From Candidatus Borrarchaeum weybense (lineage in GTDB: Archaea > Asgardarchaeota > Sifarchaeia > Borrarchaeales > Borrarchaeaceae), in contig JAHQJS010000007.1 of NCBI GenBank assembly GCA_019057385.1, positions 448,001 to 512,000 on the forward strand: 64,000 bases of DNA. Direction: 5' to 3'. Below, in pieces: positions 18,051-27,944 of the stretch (position 1 is its first letter; each line of letters opens with the position of its first letter). The notes beneath the pieces are model-generated. The model had not been told where the DNA came from and made no database searches. It saw nothing but the letters and a program-made list of their open reading frames with translations. The position numbers and the translations under genes were made by a program.

Positions 18051-19445
18051 CTAAAAATCCTTCGGATTCCTTCCAACACCTCTATAGACTAACTTTGCCT
18101 TTAATACATCAATCGGATCAAAAACATTTCTTGCGTCAACAATCACGCCAGGCATCTTCATTCTTTTACTAAAATCATCAAGATTTAGATTTTTAAAAAC
18201 AGTATGAGCCGTGATCATCACAACACAATCCGCTTTTGTGATCGCTTCTTCCAGAGTTTTTGCGAAATCAAGATTAAAAAACTTCAACACTTCATCTCTG
18301 TTTAATAGAGGATCGTATGCAACTAATTCAGCACCTATACTCCTCAATTTTTCAATAATTACACTTGCTGGAGTATTTACACAAGATTTAGAATCGCTTC
18401 TGAAAGTTAAGCCAAATATAGCTATTCTCGCCGTCTCAGGGTTTTTTCCAGCCTCTTTTAATCCATCAGTGACTAGGTCAATAAGGTGCAAAGGCATCCT
18501 TTCATTAATTCTTCTTGCAGTTTCCATCAGCGGAGAAGTTATTCCTACCTTAGTAGCGGCATCCATGACAAAATAGGGATAATAGGGAATACAGTGTCCT
18601 CCAACTCCTGCTCCTGGAATGTGTATATGTGAAAACGGTTCTGTATTTGCTGTTGCAATAATTTCAAAGATATCTAATCCTAAATTTTCTGCAATTAGCG
18701 CAAGTTCATTTGCCAATGCGATGTTTACATCACGATATACGCCTTTAAAGAGCTTAACAGCTTCTGCTGTTTTTGCATCTCTCACTTTAATCAATTCATT
18801 TTTAATTACGCTCTTATAAAGAGCAATTACAGCATTTGCACTTTTTTCATTTATTCCGCCAACTATTTTGGGGTATTTTACTGTAAAGTCTGCTATAATG
18901 CTGCCTGACATGACTCTTTCAGGACTGAATGCTAGACCAAAATCAACGCCCGCTTTTAATCCTGAACGTCTTTCTAAGATTTCTTTGACAAGCCCTTCTG
19001 TCGTTCCTGGTGGTACAGAACTTTCAAGAATAACCACATCATTTTGCGAAAGACCTTTACCGATGTATTCAGTGACATTTATTATAGCTGATAAATCAGG
19101 GGTTTTATATTGGGTAAGAATAGTAGGAACAGCTATTATCTTCACATCACTATTAATTGCACCCTTGAGAGTATCGGTAGTGGCCGTTATCCTTCCTTCT
19201 TCATAACTCTTCTTGAACATCTCCATTAGTTCTGGCTCATTTTCGATATAACAAATACCACTATTAATTAAGTCTACGCGTTCTTCGTCTTTATCTACTC
19301 CAATAACTTTCGCACCCACATTTGCAAATATTGATGCAATAGGAAAACCAATATTTCCAAGACCGAAAACTGTTATTGTAACATCACCATTTTTTACAGA
19401 ATTCAAGATATTCTCTTTTGATTGAGAAAAGATCTTAACCAACAT
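18051..19445 (-). CDS. UDP-N-acetylhexosamine 6-dehydrogenase (WbpA/WecC family)
   Basis: GLGNIG Rossmann motif, ESSVPPGTT, FSPER, catalytic GAGVGGHCIP. Confidence 0.92.
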   Translation of the reverse strand: MLVKIFSQSKENILNSVKNGDVTITVFGLGNIGFPIASIFANVGAKVIGVDKDEERVDLINSGICYIENEPELMEMFKKSYEEGRITATTDTLKGAINSDVKIIAVPTILTQYKTPDLSAIINVTEYIGKGLSQNDVVILESSVPPGTTEGLVKEILERRSGLKAGVDFGLAFSPERVMSGSIIADFTVKYPKIVGGINEKSANAVIALYKSVIKNELIKVRDAKTAEAVKLFKGVYRDVNIALANELALIAENLGLDIFEIIATANTEPFSHIHIPGAGVGGHCIPYYPYFVMDAATKVGITSPLMETARRINERMPLHLIDLVTDGLKEAGKNPETARIAIFGLTFRSDSKSCVNTPASVIIEKLRSIGAELVAYDPLLNRDEVLKFFNLDFAKTLEEAITKADCVVMITAHTVFKNLNLDDFSKRMKMPGVIVDARNVFDPIDVLKAKLVYRGVGRNPKDF

Positions 19446-19491
19446 AAACCGCCTCTTTTCCTTATACTTAACGCTTATTCTTTAATTCATG

Positions 19492-20475
19492 CTAAAATTT
19501 GGCATTTGCTGATTTTAAAGCATTCAAGGCAATTTCTAAGTTTTTTAAACCTTCAATTCCGTTAACTATTGGAGTCTTATTTTCTCTTACACATTTTATA
19601 AAATGTTCTAACTCAAGTTTTAATGGTTCTTGCGTCTCTATCTCTGGTTTTTCTATCTTTGGATCACCAGATTTTGAAATAAGGTCTAAATAATCTTTAT
19701 AGTCGGTTTCGAGCATTTTACCATACACTAGAATATCTTGCGTAATATAGTCTACAGTTGCGAATCCATCAGAAAATGTCAAACTAAGATTTCTAATTTT
19801 TGTGGGTGTCAATCTGTTTACTTCAATGCTACCAAGTATACCTGTTTCAAATTCGAGAAGGATAGATGCATAATCTTCATATTTTGTTGTTTTTGGACCT
19901 ATCTTTGCATAAACGTTCTTTACTTTCTTTTCAGTTAAAAAACGCATGACATCAATATCGTGAATTGCTAGATCTATTAGAACGCCAGTATCGCGTGCCC
20001 TATGTATATATGGACCGATTCGCCTTGCCGAAAGGGAAATAATTTCTCCTAAATATTCTTCTTCTATAAGCTCTTTCATCTTAAGAATTGCAGGATTAAA
20101 GCGTTCAATATGTCCTACCATAAGAATTAATTCTTTTTGTTCAGCACTTTTGATTAAAGATTTAGCCTCAGCTACACTAATTGTTATTGGTTTTTCAACA
20201 AGAACATGTTTCTTGTAAGAAAATACATCCATGATTACTTTCTTATGAAGTGGAGTTGGTACTGCTATACTTGCTGCATCAATATCCTCATTTTTTAGCA
20301 ATTCACTATAGCCAACATAGCCATTTACATTGAATTGTTTACTAAGTTGTTTCACGAGTTTTTCGTTAACATCCGAGAATGCAATTAATTCTACTCCTTT
20401 CATTTTTGAATAAACACGCATATGATTTTTGCCCATATACCCAGCGCCAATAACTCCCACCTTAATCGTTTCCAA
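19492..20475 (-). CDS. Gfo/Idh/MocA oxidoreductase, UDP-GlcNAc(A) 3-dehydrogenase-like (WbpB/GnnA type)
   Basis: GVIGAGYMG, HVLVEKP, VGHIERFNPA, DLAIHDID; next to the nucleotide-sugar dehydrogenase. Confidence 0.88.
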   Translation of the reverse strand: METIKVGVIGAGYMGKNHMRVYSKMKGVELIAFSDVNEKLVKQLSKQFNVNGYVGYSELLKNEDIDAASIAVPTPLHKKVIMDVFSYKKHVLVEKPITISVAEAKSLIKSAEQKELILMVGHIERFNPAILKMKELIEEEYLGEIISLSARRIGPYIHRARDTGVLIDLAIHDIDVMRFLTEKKVKNVYAKIGPKTTKYEDYASILLEFETGILGSIEVNRLTPTKIRNLSLTFSDGFATVDYITQDILVYGKMLETDYKDYLDLISKSGDPKIEKPEIETQEPLKLELEHFIKCVRENKTPIVNGIEGLKNLEIALNALKSANAKF

Positions 20476-20891
20476 GGACTAACCTCAGTTATGCTATTTC
20501 ATTCTTACTAATTTTAAATTTTAATGGCATGTTTTAGATAAATCAAACATCTTTCTTTCGAAATAGTCTATAATTGAAACCTAATATCACTAGTTGCATC
20601 AAAAAGTGCACAGATTATAAATTTTGGGGAAGATATTCGCAGAATTTCAAGACACATATATTGCCGAATGGCTTTGTTAAAACTTAGATTGATTACTAAA
20701 TAAGAGAGTTTTTGATAAAATCCCTGCTAAAATGATTTAAAAGAATTAAAATATTTAAGAAATATACTCATTGATCCCCTAAAAGTAATTTATGACTTGT
20801 TGTTTATTAATTCTAATTAAAACAAATTTTTGCGGAAATAACGAGATCCTTGATTTAAATCATACAATCTGTTTGGTTAGGCAACCAAAAC

Positions 20892-21599
20892 CTACCATCG
20901 GACAATCCATAGTAATTCAAATGCTTCACAGAAACGTACATTCTGAGAATAACCTCTAATCTTCGCAAGTCCTTCGACCAAATCGCATTCCATATAATAA
21001 CTTGAACTTTGTGATGCGTAAACTCGAATTGCATCCAATTTTGTTTCAATCGTATCCTCAACATTGACATAAACTTGGGGAGTGAAAGAAGGAAGTATGC
21101 TCGGAGTCTCGTAAAGAAGAACTTGGGGAGTCTTTCTACAGGCGACTCTAGTTGCAAGAAACGCTCCTAAATGATCTTGATGTCTTTCATGTTCAGAATG
21201 CGAATATACTATATCTGGATTAATTTGTTTAACAAGTGCTTCAATAGCTAGTATAGTAGCCCTTAAATTCTCGAAAATATAAGTATCCTCTAAATCTGCA
21301 AAACTTAAAGACTTTATGCCAACTATACTTGCCGCTCTTCTAACTTCGGACTCTCTTATAAGTGGATTACCATGTTGTCCTCCACCCGTTAGAATTAAAC
21401 CATGGATAATATCTCCCCTCGCTTTATGCTTAGCTAAAGTAGCTCCACATCCAATTTCAATATCATCAGGATGCGCCCCAATAGCTAGAACTACTTTTTG
21501 TTGCCTATTTGAGTTTGTCTTTACTTTTGTATTCGAGAAATTCTTGTAATTAGTTTTTGTCAACAGATCTCTCTCAAAGTTCATTTCGTTAATATCCAT
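20892..21599 (-). CDS. PIG-L/LmbE family de-N-acetylase
   Basis: GAHPDDIE and HQDH metal-binding motifs, YASQ near the C-terminus. Confidence 0.92.
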   Translation of the reverse strand: MDINEMNFERDLLTKTNYKNFSNTKVKTNSNRQQKVVLAIGAHPDDIEIGCGATLAKHKARGDIIHGLILTGGGQHGNPLIRESEVRRAASIVGIKSLSFADLEDTYIFENLRATILAIEALVKQINPDIVYSHSEHERHQDHLGAFLATRVACRKTPQVLLYETPSILPSFTPQVYVNVEDTIETKLDAIRVYASQSSSYYMECDLVEGLAKIRGYSQNVRFCEAFELLWIVRW

Positions 21600-21773
21600 G
21601 AGTATCTACCATGAGAAGAGTTTCTAGCGCTTATTAAGAATGAAATATATTATTTCTTACTTTTAAATACATATTACATTTGTGTAGATACCCTTCCATT
21701 TTCTTAAAATAGTTAATTAGTAAGAAAACTGTTAGTTTATACTTTTTTTGTCACGATTTCAAATAGAGACGTT

Positions 21774-22889
21774 TCATTTTAATCCTTCGAGTTCCTTTTG
21801 GCTTTCTTGAATTACATTAACAATATATTCTTGATCTTCGCGTTGTAGATAGGCATGGATCGGTATGCATAGCACCGTTTCAGATGCTTTTTCTGCAACT
21901 GGGAATTGTCCATACTTAAACCCATAAAGTCTTCGAAAAATAGGCTGAAGGTGAAGTGAAGGAAAGGCGATCCTAGTTTCTACTCCTGCATTTTCAAGAA
22001 TGGATTGTAAAGCGTCTCGTTGTGCTTGATTACTTGTAAGAACTGAAAAGAGCATATAGGAATGCAAATTATATGATCTTACAGTTTGTGGGCGAATAAA
22101 GTCAAATTCGCGAAAGATATCGATGTAATATTCAGCTAACTCTTTTTTGTGTTTTAATATATGATGAATTCGTTTTATTTGAACTAATCCTATTGCTGCA
22201 ACAAGATCCATCATTTTATAGTTCCAACCGATTTCTACATGATGATATCTCCCATCTTGTCCGTGATTGAGTAAAATTCGTGCTTTTTTTGCGAGTTCAT
22301 CATCATTTGTTGTTAACATTCCACCCTCGCCTGTTACAATATTTTTATTTGGATAGAATGAAAATGTCCCTGCATCGCCCAAATTTCCTGCTAGTTTCTT
22401 CTTGTATAATGAACCGTGAGCTTCCGCAGCGTCTTCTAAGACAAACAAATCGTATTCTTTTGCAATGCGGATTATTTCATCCATTTCAGCACATTGTCCA
22501 GCATAATGAACTGGTATTATAGCCCGTGTATTTGAGGTTATAGCTTCTTCAATAAGCAGAGGATTGATGTTTAATGTTTCAGGATCAATATCAACAAAAA
22601 CTGGTTTTGCGCCAAGTAAAACTATAACATTCGCGGTTGCGGCGAAAGTAAAGGGAGAGGTTATAATTTCATCCTTTGGTTTAATACCCTTAGCTGCTAA
22701 ACCTACCTGTAGTGCTGCTGTGCCTGAATTAAATGCAATTGCATGATTTGTTCCAACATATTCTGCAAAGGATTTTTCAAACTTTTCAACATATTCACCC
22801 TGACTCAATCTTTTTTCTTTCAATACTTGAGTTACAGCGGCAATCTCTTCAGCTTCAATGATAGGTTCAGCTATATTTATTCTTCGCAT
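21774..22889 (-). CDS. DegT/DnrJ/EryC1/StrS PLP aminotransferase (WbpE-like)
   Basis: NSGTAAL, EDAAEAHG, SFYPNKN (PLP lysine), TGEGG. Confidence 0.93.
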   Translation of the reverse strand: MRRINIAEPIIEAEEIAAVTQVLKEKRLSQGEYVEKFEKSFAEYVGTNHAIAFNSGTAALQVGLAAKGIKPKDEIITSPFTFAATANVIVLLGAKPVFVDIDPETLNINPLLIEEAITSNTRAIIPVHYAGQCAEMDEIIRIAKEYDLFVLEDAAEAHGSLYKKKLAGNLGDAGTFSFYPNKNIVTGEGGMLTTNDDELAKKARILLNHGQDGRYHHVEIGWNYKMMDLVAAIGLVQIKRIHHILKHKKELAEYYIDIFREFDFIRPQTVRSYNLHSYMLFSVLTSNQAQRDALQSILENAGVETRIAFPSLHLQPIFRRLYGFKYGQFPVAEKASETVLCIPIHAYLQREDQEYIVNVIQESQKELEGLK

Positions 22890-23045
22890 TCTTCCTACAA
22901 CCGTTAAGAAACTTTTGTTGATTTTACGTAAAGTATTTTTTACCCATAGTATCTATTATAATTGCAACTATGCTTCTACCACTACCTTGCGTAGAAGAAG
23001 GGGTTGAGATTTTATTAGAACTGAAATAAAGTATATCCATTTTTA

Positions 23046-23082
23046 ATACATATAGAATATGTAGAGATACTTCTGTATGTAT
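23046..23082. promoter_or_regulatory. Inverted repeat in a divergent promoter region, candidate operator
   Basis: ATACATATAGAA-N13-TTCTGTATGTAT (11/12 complementary) between the divergent genes 21774-22889 and 23192-23971. Confidence 0.35.
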
Positions 23083-23103
23083 ATCCGCTATGAATTTACA
23101 CAA

Positions 23104-23117
23104 TTTATAAAACTCAA
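23104..23117 (+). promoter_or_regulatory. TATA-box-containing element
   Basis: TTTATAAAACTCAA upstream of 23192; the identical 14-mer occurs at 62321-62334 upstream of 62362. Confidence 0.4.
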
Positions 23118-23191
23118 AAATGATTTTTGAGTTAAGTATCTGAAATTATTTCGTAAAAAGAGCTACTAAATAAACGAAGGTCGGGTTTTTA

Positions 23192-23971
23192 TTGAAATTA
23201 ACAGATTTTTTACAAAATTTATTTCTCTTATCGTGCTTATTTGGCGCAGCCTTATTTATATTTAGTTTCATTACTCAAACACCATTTGTGGGAATCATTG
23301 CGATTGTTATATTTGCAATAAGCATTCCTTTTCTACTAATAAAACCTCAACAATATTCTATAGATGAATTATTTGAAAACCTATTTTTGACAAATTTATT
23401 AAACTTGAACAACTTTCTTGAATCTCTCAACATCAAAGGGACCGGGATTTATCTTCCTCCTAAAGCAAATGAACCAGACAATTATGTCTTTGTTCCATAT
23501 GACAAGTATGATCCTTTAGGCAAATTATCATCAATAGAAAACAATAGAAAAAAAAGCATACTTTTCAAAGAAGGGATTTTGTTACGCTCAACAGGTTCTC
23601 CCATCATAAATTCCTTAGAAAAGAAATACGATGTCAATTTTTCAATGTTGGATTTAGAATCACTAAAAGAGACTCTTTCTGAACTTTTTGTGAATGAATT
23701 GGGCTTAGTGAATGATGTCTATGTAGAGATTTTAGAAAACAAAGTTTATTGTATCTTTCTTGGATCAATTTATTTGAATCTTTGTAAAAAAATCCATATT
23801 GAAATGCCTGAGCTTTGCACGAAACTTGGATGTCCACTAAGTGGTGCTACAGCGAGCATCCTTGCTAATATCACAGATAGATATGTTTCGATTGAAAACT
23901 GCGAAATTAATTATAGAGAAAGAAAAATTGAAACAGTATATAGATTACTTGTCAAACGCTATATGGTGTAA
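23192..23971 (+). CDS. Membrane-anchored hypothetical protein (2 N-terminal TMs, Cys-containing C-terminal domain)
   Basis: Two hydrophobic helices, then a soluble domain with LC..LC..GCPL. Confidence 0.75.
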   Translation: MKLTDFLQNLFLLSCLFGAALFIFSFITQTPFVGIIAIVIFAISIPFLLIKPQQYSIDELFENLFLTNLLNLNNFLESLNIKGTGIYLPPKANEPDNYVFVPYDKYDPLGKLSSIENNRKKSILFKEGILLRSTGSPIINSLEKKYDVNFSMLDLESLKETLSELFVNELGLVNDVYVEILENKVYCIFLGSIYLNLCKKIHIEMPELCTKLGCPLSGATASILANITDRYVSIENCEINYRERKIETVYRLLVKRYMV

Positions 23972-24141
23972 GTTTTGAACTAAAATGTATAAAACCAGTC
24001 AGAAATGCTGTTCTTCATTTTAAAAGAGCAAAAATTATCTATTCTTAATACTTTAAATAACGAATGACGAAGAGCAGAGAAAATACTACAATTCTGCTTA
24101 AATTACATATGTAAATGAACTACCTACAAAGGTGAATTTTT

Positions 24142-25302
24142 GTGGATATTGAGGATTTAGCACTTTTTGGAGGTGAACCAGTAAGAAAAACACCTATTTC
24201 ACTTTCTAAACCTTTCATAACTCAAGAAGAGATAGACAATGTAATAGAAGTACTTAGATCAAATTGGATCGTACAAGGTCCAAGAGTTGAAGAATTTGAG
24301 AATAATTTTGCAGAATATGTGGGAACAGAGTATGCTATTGCTGTTAGTTCAGGATCAGCAGCATTGCATCTAGCATTACTTTCTATAGGTGTGAAACCTA
24401 ATACTGAAGTTCTTATTCCGGATATAACCTGCATATCAGTACCCAACGCAGTATCTTACGTTGGAGCATTTCCTAGGTTTGTAGATGTTAATATGAACAC
24501 TTATAACATTTCATTGGAAGCGTTAGAAAGAAACATTTCAAACAAGACTAGTGCTGTTATTCCTATTCACCTTTATGGTCATCCTGCCAGTTTAGATGAG
24601 ATTCTAGACCTTTCAAATAAATATGGATTCTTTGTGATTGAAGACTGTGCTCAAGCTCATGGAGCGGAATATAAAGGCAAAAAGGTGGGATCATTTGGAG
24701 ATATTGGAATTTTTAGTACGTATGCAACAAAAAATATGACAACTGGTGAGGGAGGCATTCTTGTGACTAATAGACGAGAGATTGCAAAAAAGGTTAGATT
24801 TCTAAGAGATCAGGATAAATCATCAAATATTCCAATTCTTGCTTATAATTACAAGATAACTGATATAGAAGCCGCAATCGGATTAGCTCAATTAAATAAG
24901 TTGGATAAACTTAATGCGCAAAGAATTAGCAATGCTATGCTTCTTTCATCTCATCTTAAAGATATAGATGGTGTCAAGATTCCTTTTATTTCAAATTATG
25001 TCAAACACGTATTTCATAGATACACATTATTTTTCGAACCGCAAAGATTCAAAGGATCAAGAGATGAACTAGCTAGTGCACTTGAAGCTGAAGGTATTAA
25101 GAATGGTATACTGTACACGCCTCCAGCACATCGTTACCCATATTATCATAAAAAATACAATTTCAATGACAAACAATTTGAAAATGCTGACTTAATCTCA
25201 AAGTCTATTTTGTCAATTCCTGTCCATCCAAATCTTGAAAAACAAGATTTAATTGATATTGTGAATGCTACCAAAAAAGTAACAATGCAATATTGTAAAT
25301 AA
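24142..25302 (+). CDS. DegT/DnrJ/EryC1/StrS PLP aminotransferase
   Basis: LALFGGEP N-terminus, SSGSAAL, EDCAQAHG, STYATKN, TGEGG; AGGTGA SD. Confidence 0.93.
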   Translation: MDIEDLALFGGEPVRKTPISLSKPFITQEEIDNVIEVLRSNWIVQGPRVEEFENNFAEYVGTEYAIAVSSGSAALHLALLSIGVKPNTEVLIPDITCISVPNAVSYVGAFPRFVDVNMNTYNISLEALERNISNKTSAVIPIHLYGHPASLDEILDLSNKYGFFVIEDCAQAHGAEYKGKKVGSFGDIGIFSTYATKNMTTGEGGILVTNRREIAKKVRFLRDQDKSSNIPILAYNYKITDIEAAIGLAQLNKLDKLNAQRISNAMLLSSHLKDIDGVKIPFISNYVKHVFHRYTLFFEPQRFKGSRDELASALEAEGIKNGILYTPPAHRYPYYHKKYNFNDKQFENADLISKSILSIPVHPNLEKQDLIDIVNATKKVTMQYCK

Positions 25303-25329
25303 ATTTAATATAAATTTCCTAAATCATTT

Positions 25330-26526
25330 TTATACATTTCTAATATGAGGATACGAATTAATCAAAAACATATTAAACCATAACGATCCAATTAAACAAA
25401 ACACAAGGGAAACAGTCATAAAAATATATAAATTTCTTTCATTTTGTATTTCAGCGATTTTTAAACTTGCAATGATGATAACAGGAATGATGAAAAAAAT
25501 CCACGCACGATAAGCTTGTTGGGCATAGGTTCTTCCAGAAAATAGACTGTCGATAACTATATTGAGTACAAAATTGATGAACATTGAGATTATCCAAAAA
25601 ATAAGAAAAATGTGGGAAGTTTCTTTTTGATATTTTCTAAGAAATGGAATGAAACTTATGATCCCAACAAGTGTGATTATTAGAGAGCCTGCATTCATTG
25701 CAACTAAATTCAGTAATGAAGAAGATCCTTGGGTTGTGGTATAATGCTCGGTAAATCCTTCGGGTGTTGGTGTTGATGTGCCACTCAAAGAGATTAATAA
25801 TGCTTCAATATTTAATGCAAGAAAATTGCCTATAAAGCCTGCATAATCAACTTCTTTTCCCCAGAAAATCCAGATAAAAGATAAACCAATGCTTAATATT
25901 ATGAAACGAAGAGATCGTGAAACTGGTAGTATTTCTCTTATCCTCGTTTTGAATGTTCGTGGAAGTCCAAATGCTAGTAATGTAAAAAGAAGCGGAATCA
26001 ATGTCATTGTTGAAGTGAGATTATGCATCGAACATAAGCAGTAAAACAGGATAAAGCAAATAGAGGCTTGACTCCATTCTCTTTTTGGATAAGGGTCTTT
26101 AAAGAGGTAGAAAAAAGTTAGTAGCATTAAGTATACAGCAAAACCCTCTGGAACAAGATATGACTGCCGTAAGACTATGATTTCCATCGCTGAAAAGAAA
26201 ATTGTTGAAATGAATGCGGCTTTTTCATTTTTAAAAAACTCTCGCACAAGCAAATACATAGGTAAAATCGACAGTGAGTTAAACAATGGTGGAAATAGCA
26301 AAGAATATTGCAGAAGGGGCAATCCTGTTAATGTATATACTACAATTAAAAGTGAATAAAAACCTGGATGGCCACGTCTGAATACTTCGTTACTTAGATA
26401 TAACTCTCCAGTTGTATAATCTAAAATCCCATCATAATACTCCCATGGATCGTAAAATGGTAAACTGCCTAAAAGTAGGAAAGGAATTAATCTAAGGAGA
26501 ACTGCGATTATATAGCTAATTATCAA
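25330..26526 (-). CDS. Polytopic membrane protein, GT-C-fold glycosyltransferase or polymerase-like
   Basis: About 10 TM helices; YDPWEY acidic motif after TM1, HPGF, LPMYLLVR..AAF pattern seen in STT3/PMT-like GT-C enzymes. Confidence 0.6.
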   Translation of the reverse strand: MIISYIIAVLLRLIPFLLLGSLPFYDPWEYYDGILDYTTGELYLSNEVFRRGHPGFYSLLIVVYTLTGLPLLQYSLLFPPLFNSLSILPMYLLVREFFKNEKAAFISTIFFSAMEIIVLRQSYLVPEGFAVYLMLLTFFYLFKDPYPKREWSQASICFILFYCLCSMHNLTSTMTLIPLLFTLLAFGLPRTFKTRIREILPVSRSLRFIILSIGLSFIWIFWGKEVDYAGFIGNFLALNIEALLISLSGTSTPTPEGFTEHYTTTQGSSSLLNLVAMNAGSLIITLVGIISFIPFLRKYQKETSHIFLIFWIISMFINFVLNIVIDSLFSGRTYAQQAYRAWIFFIIPVIIIASLKIAEIQNERNLYIFMTVSLVFCLIGSLWFNMFLINSYPHIRNV

Positions 26527-26740
26527 ACCAATGAATAGATTTTGTTTTTCTAACTTAATCTACTCCTTGAAATCATTTGAAACTTATAGTAATATTCGAA
26601 AATGAACATTTTTTAACATTATATAATCTTAAAAGATCTCCTGTAAAATCTATTTAAAATATATTTATTATTATGTGTCTTTTGATCATTGGAATATTAT
26701 GATCCGAAAAAAATTACATGGTTTCTTTTGAGGTCACTTC

Positions 26741-27886
26741 ATGAAAATCTTACAAGTTACTCCTTATTTTTTCCCTAGTGTGGGAGGCATAGAGAATCAT
26801 GTAGAAAATTTGGCGAAACATCTTGTTAAAAACGGACATGAAGTCACTATCTTTACTTCAAATACTCATTCTGCTTTACAATATGAAAGAAGAAACGGAA
26901 TCGAGATTTTTCGATTTGATCCTCTGCTTGTTTTATTTAAGAATCCTATCTCTTTAAAAATTCTATCCAAACTTGAAACCATAAAAAAGTACGATGTAGT
27001 CCATGCCCATGATGAACATGGCTTTCTTACAAATTTAACAGCTTTCATACGAAAAATTTGCAGGATTCCTTTAGTTGTCACATGTCATGGAGATCTTGTC
27101 CCTGAGACCTTTTTTGAGAACATCATAATAACTACGTATGAAAAAACATTGCTTTCTTTTACTTTTAAAAACGCTGATTCAATAATTGCTCTTTCGAATG
27201 CGCATAAGATCAGCCTACAAAGATTTAATGTGTCTGCAAAAAAAATCTCTGTGATACCTAATGCTGTAATTTCTCCGAATCTTGATACTATAAAGGGATC
27301 AAAATTCATTAAAAAACATCGCTTACAAGGAAAAAAAATAATATTATTTGTAGGACAACTTCTTCAAAGGAAAGGTATTCAATATTTATTAAAAGCGATG
27401 AGAAATATCAAAAAACATGATCTAAACTCAATTTTAATCATTATTGGAAAAGGTCCCTTTCAATCTGAGTTAGAAAATATCTCGAAAAAACTAGGCATTG
27501 AAAAATATGTTAGATTTTTTGGTTTTGTTACAAAGGATGAATTATTAGAAGCTTATGCAGCAGCAACGGTCTTTGTTTTACCATCTCTTGCAGAAGGTTT
27601 GCCAACAGTAATATTAGAAGCAATGGCTTTTTCTAAGCCTGTAGTAGCAACCAAAATCAAGAGTTATCCTAAATCATTTGACAAGGTTTTAAAATTTGCT
27701 CCAACAAAAGATTTTGAAGCATTAGCGAGTGAAATTATTTCAATTCTAAAAGATCAAAGCTTGGCTCATAAATTGGGGAGATTAGGTGCTTCATTGGTTG
27801 AGAAAGAATTTAGCTGGCCTAGTGTGACTACTAAAACTATTGCATTATATAGGTCACTTCGATATAAAATTGCAAATAGAATCTAA
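26741..27886 (+). CDS. GT4 glycosyltransferase
   Basis: MKILQVTPYFFPSVGGIE, ILFVGQL..RKG, EGLPTVILEAMA. Confidence 0.95.
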   Translation: MKILQVTPYFFPSVGGIENHVENLAKHLVKNGHEVTIFTSNTHSALQYERRNGIEIFRFDPLLVLFKNPISLKILSKLETIKKYDVVHAHDEHGFLTNLTAFIRKICRIPLVVTCHGDLVPETFFENIIITTYEKTLLSFTFKNADSIIALSNAHKISLQRFNVSAKKISVIPNAVISPNLDTIKGSKFIKKHRLQGKKIILFVGQLLQRKGIQYLLKAMRNIKKHDLNSILIIIGKGPFQSELENISKKLGIEKYVRFFGFVTKDELLEAYAAATVFVLPSLAEGLPTVILEAMAFSKPVVATKIKSYPKSFDKVLKFAPTKDFEALASEIISILKDQSLAHKLGRLGASLVEKEFSWPSVTTKTIALYRSLRYKIANRI

Positions 27887-27944
27887 GAGTAATATTAAAA
27901 ATTTCCTTTAATTTATTAAAACAGAGCCTGGAGAAAAAAATAAT

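Noticed and set aside
20476-20891. Hidden RNA gene or mobile element in the 416-bp gap (includes one ATTGAAAC)
   Set aside because: AT-rich, with no repeat partner, tRNA-like structure or terminal inverted repeats seen.
16302-27886. Canonical bacillithiol operon (bshA/bshB/bshC)
   Set aside because: The BshC similarity is remote, no GT4 here is specifically recognisable as BshA, and the immediate neighbours are WbpA/B/E-like. It is kept only as an alternative hypothesis.
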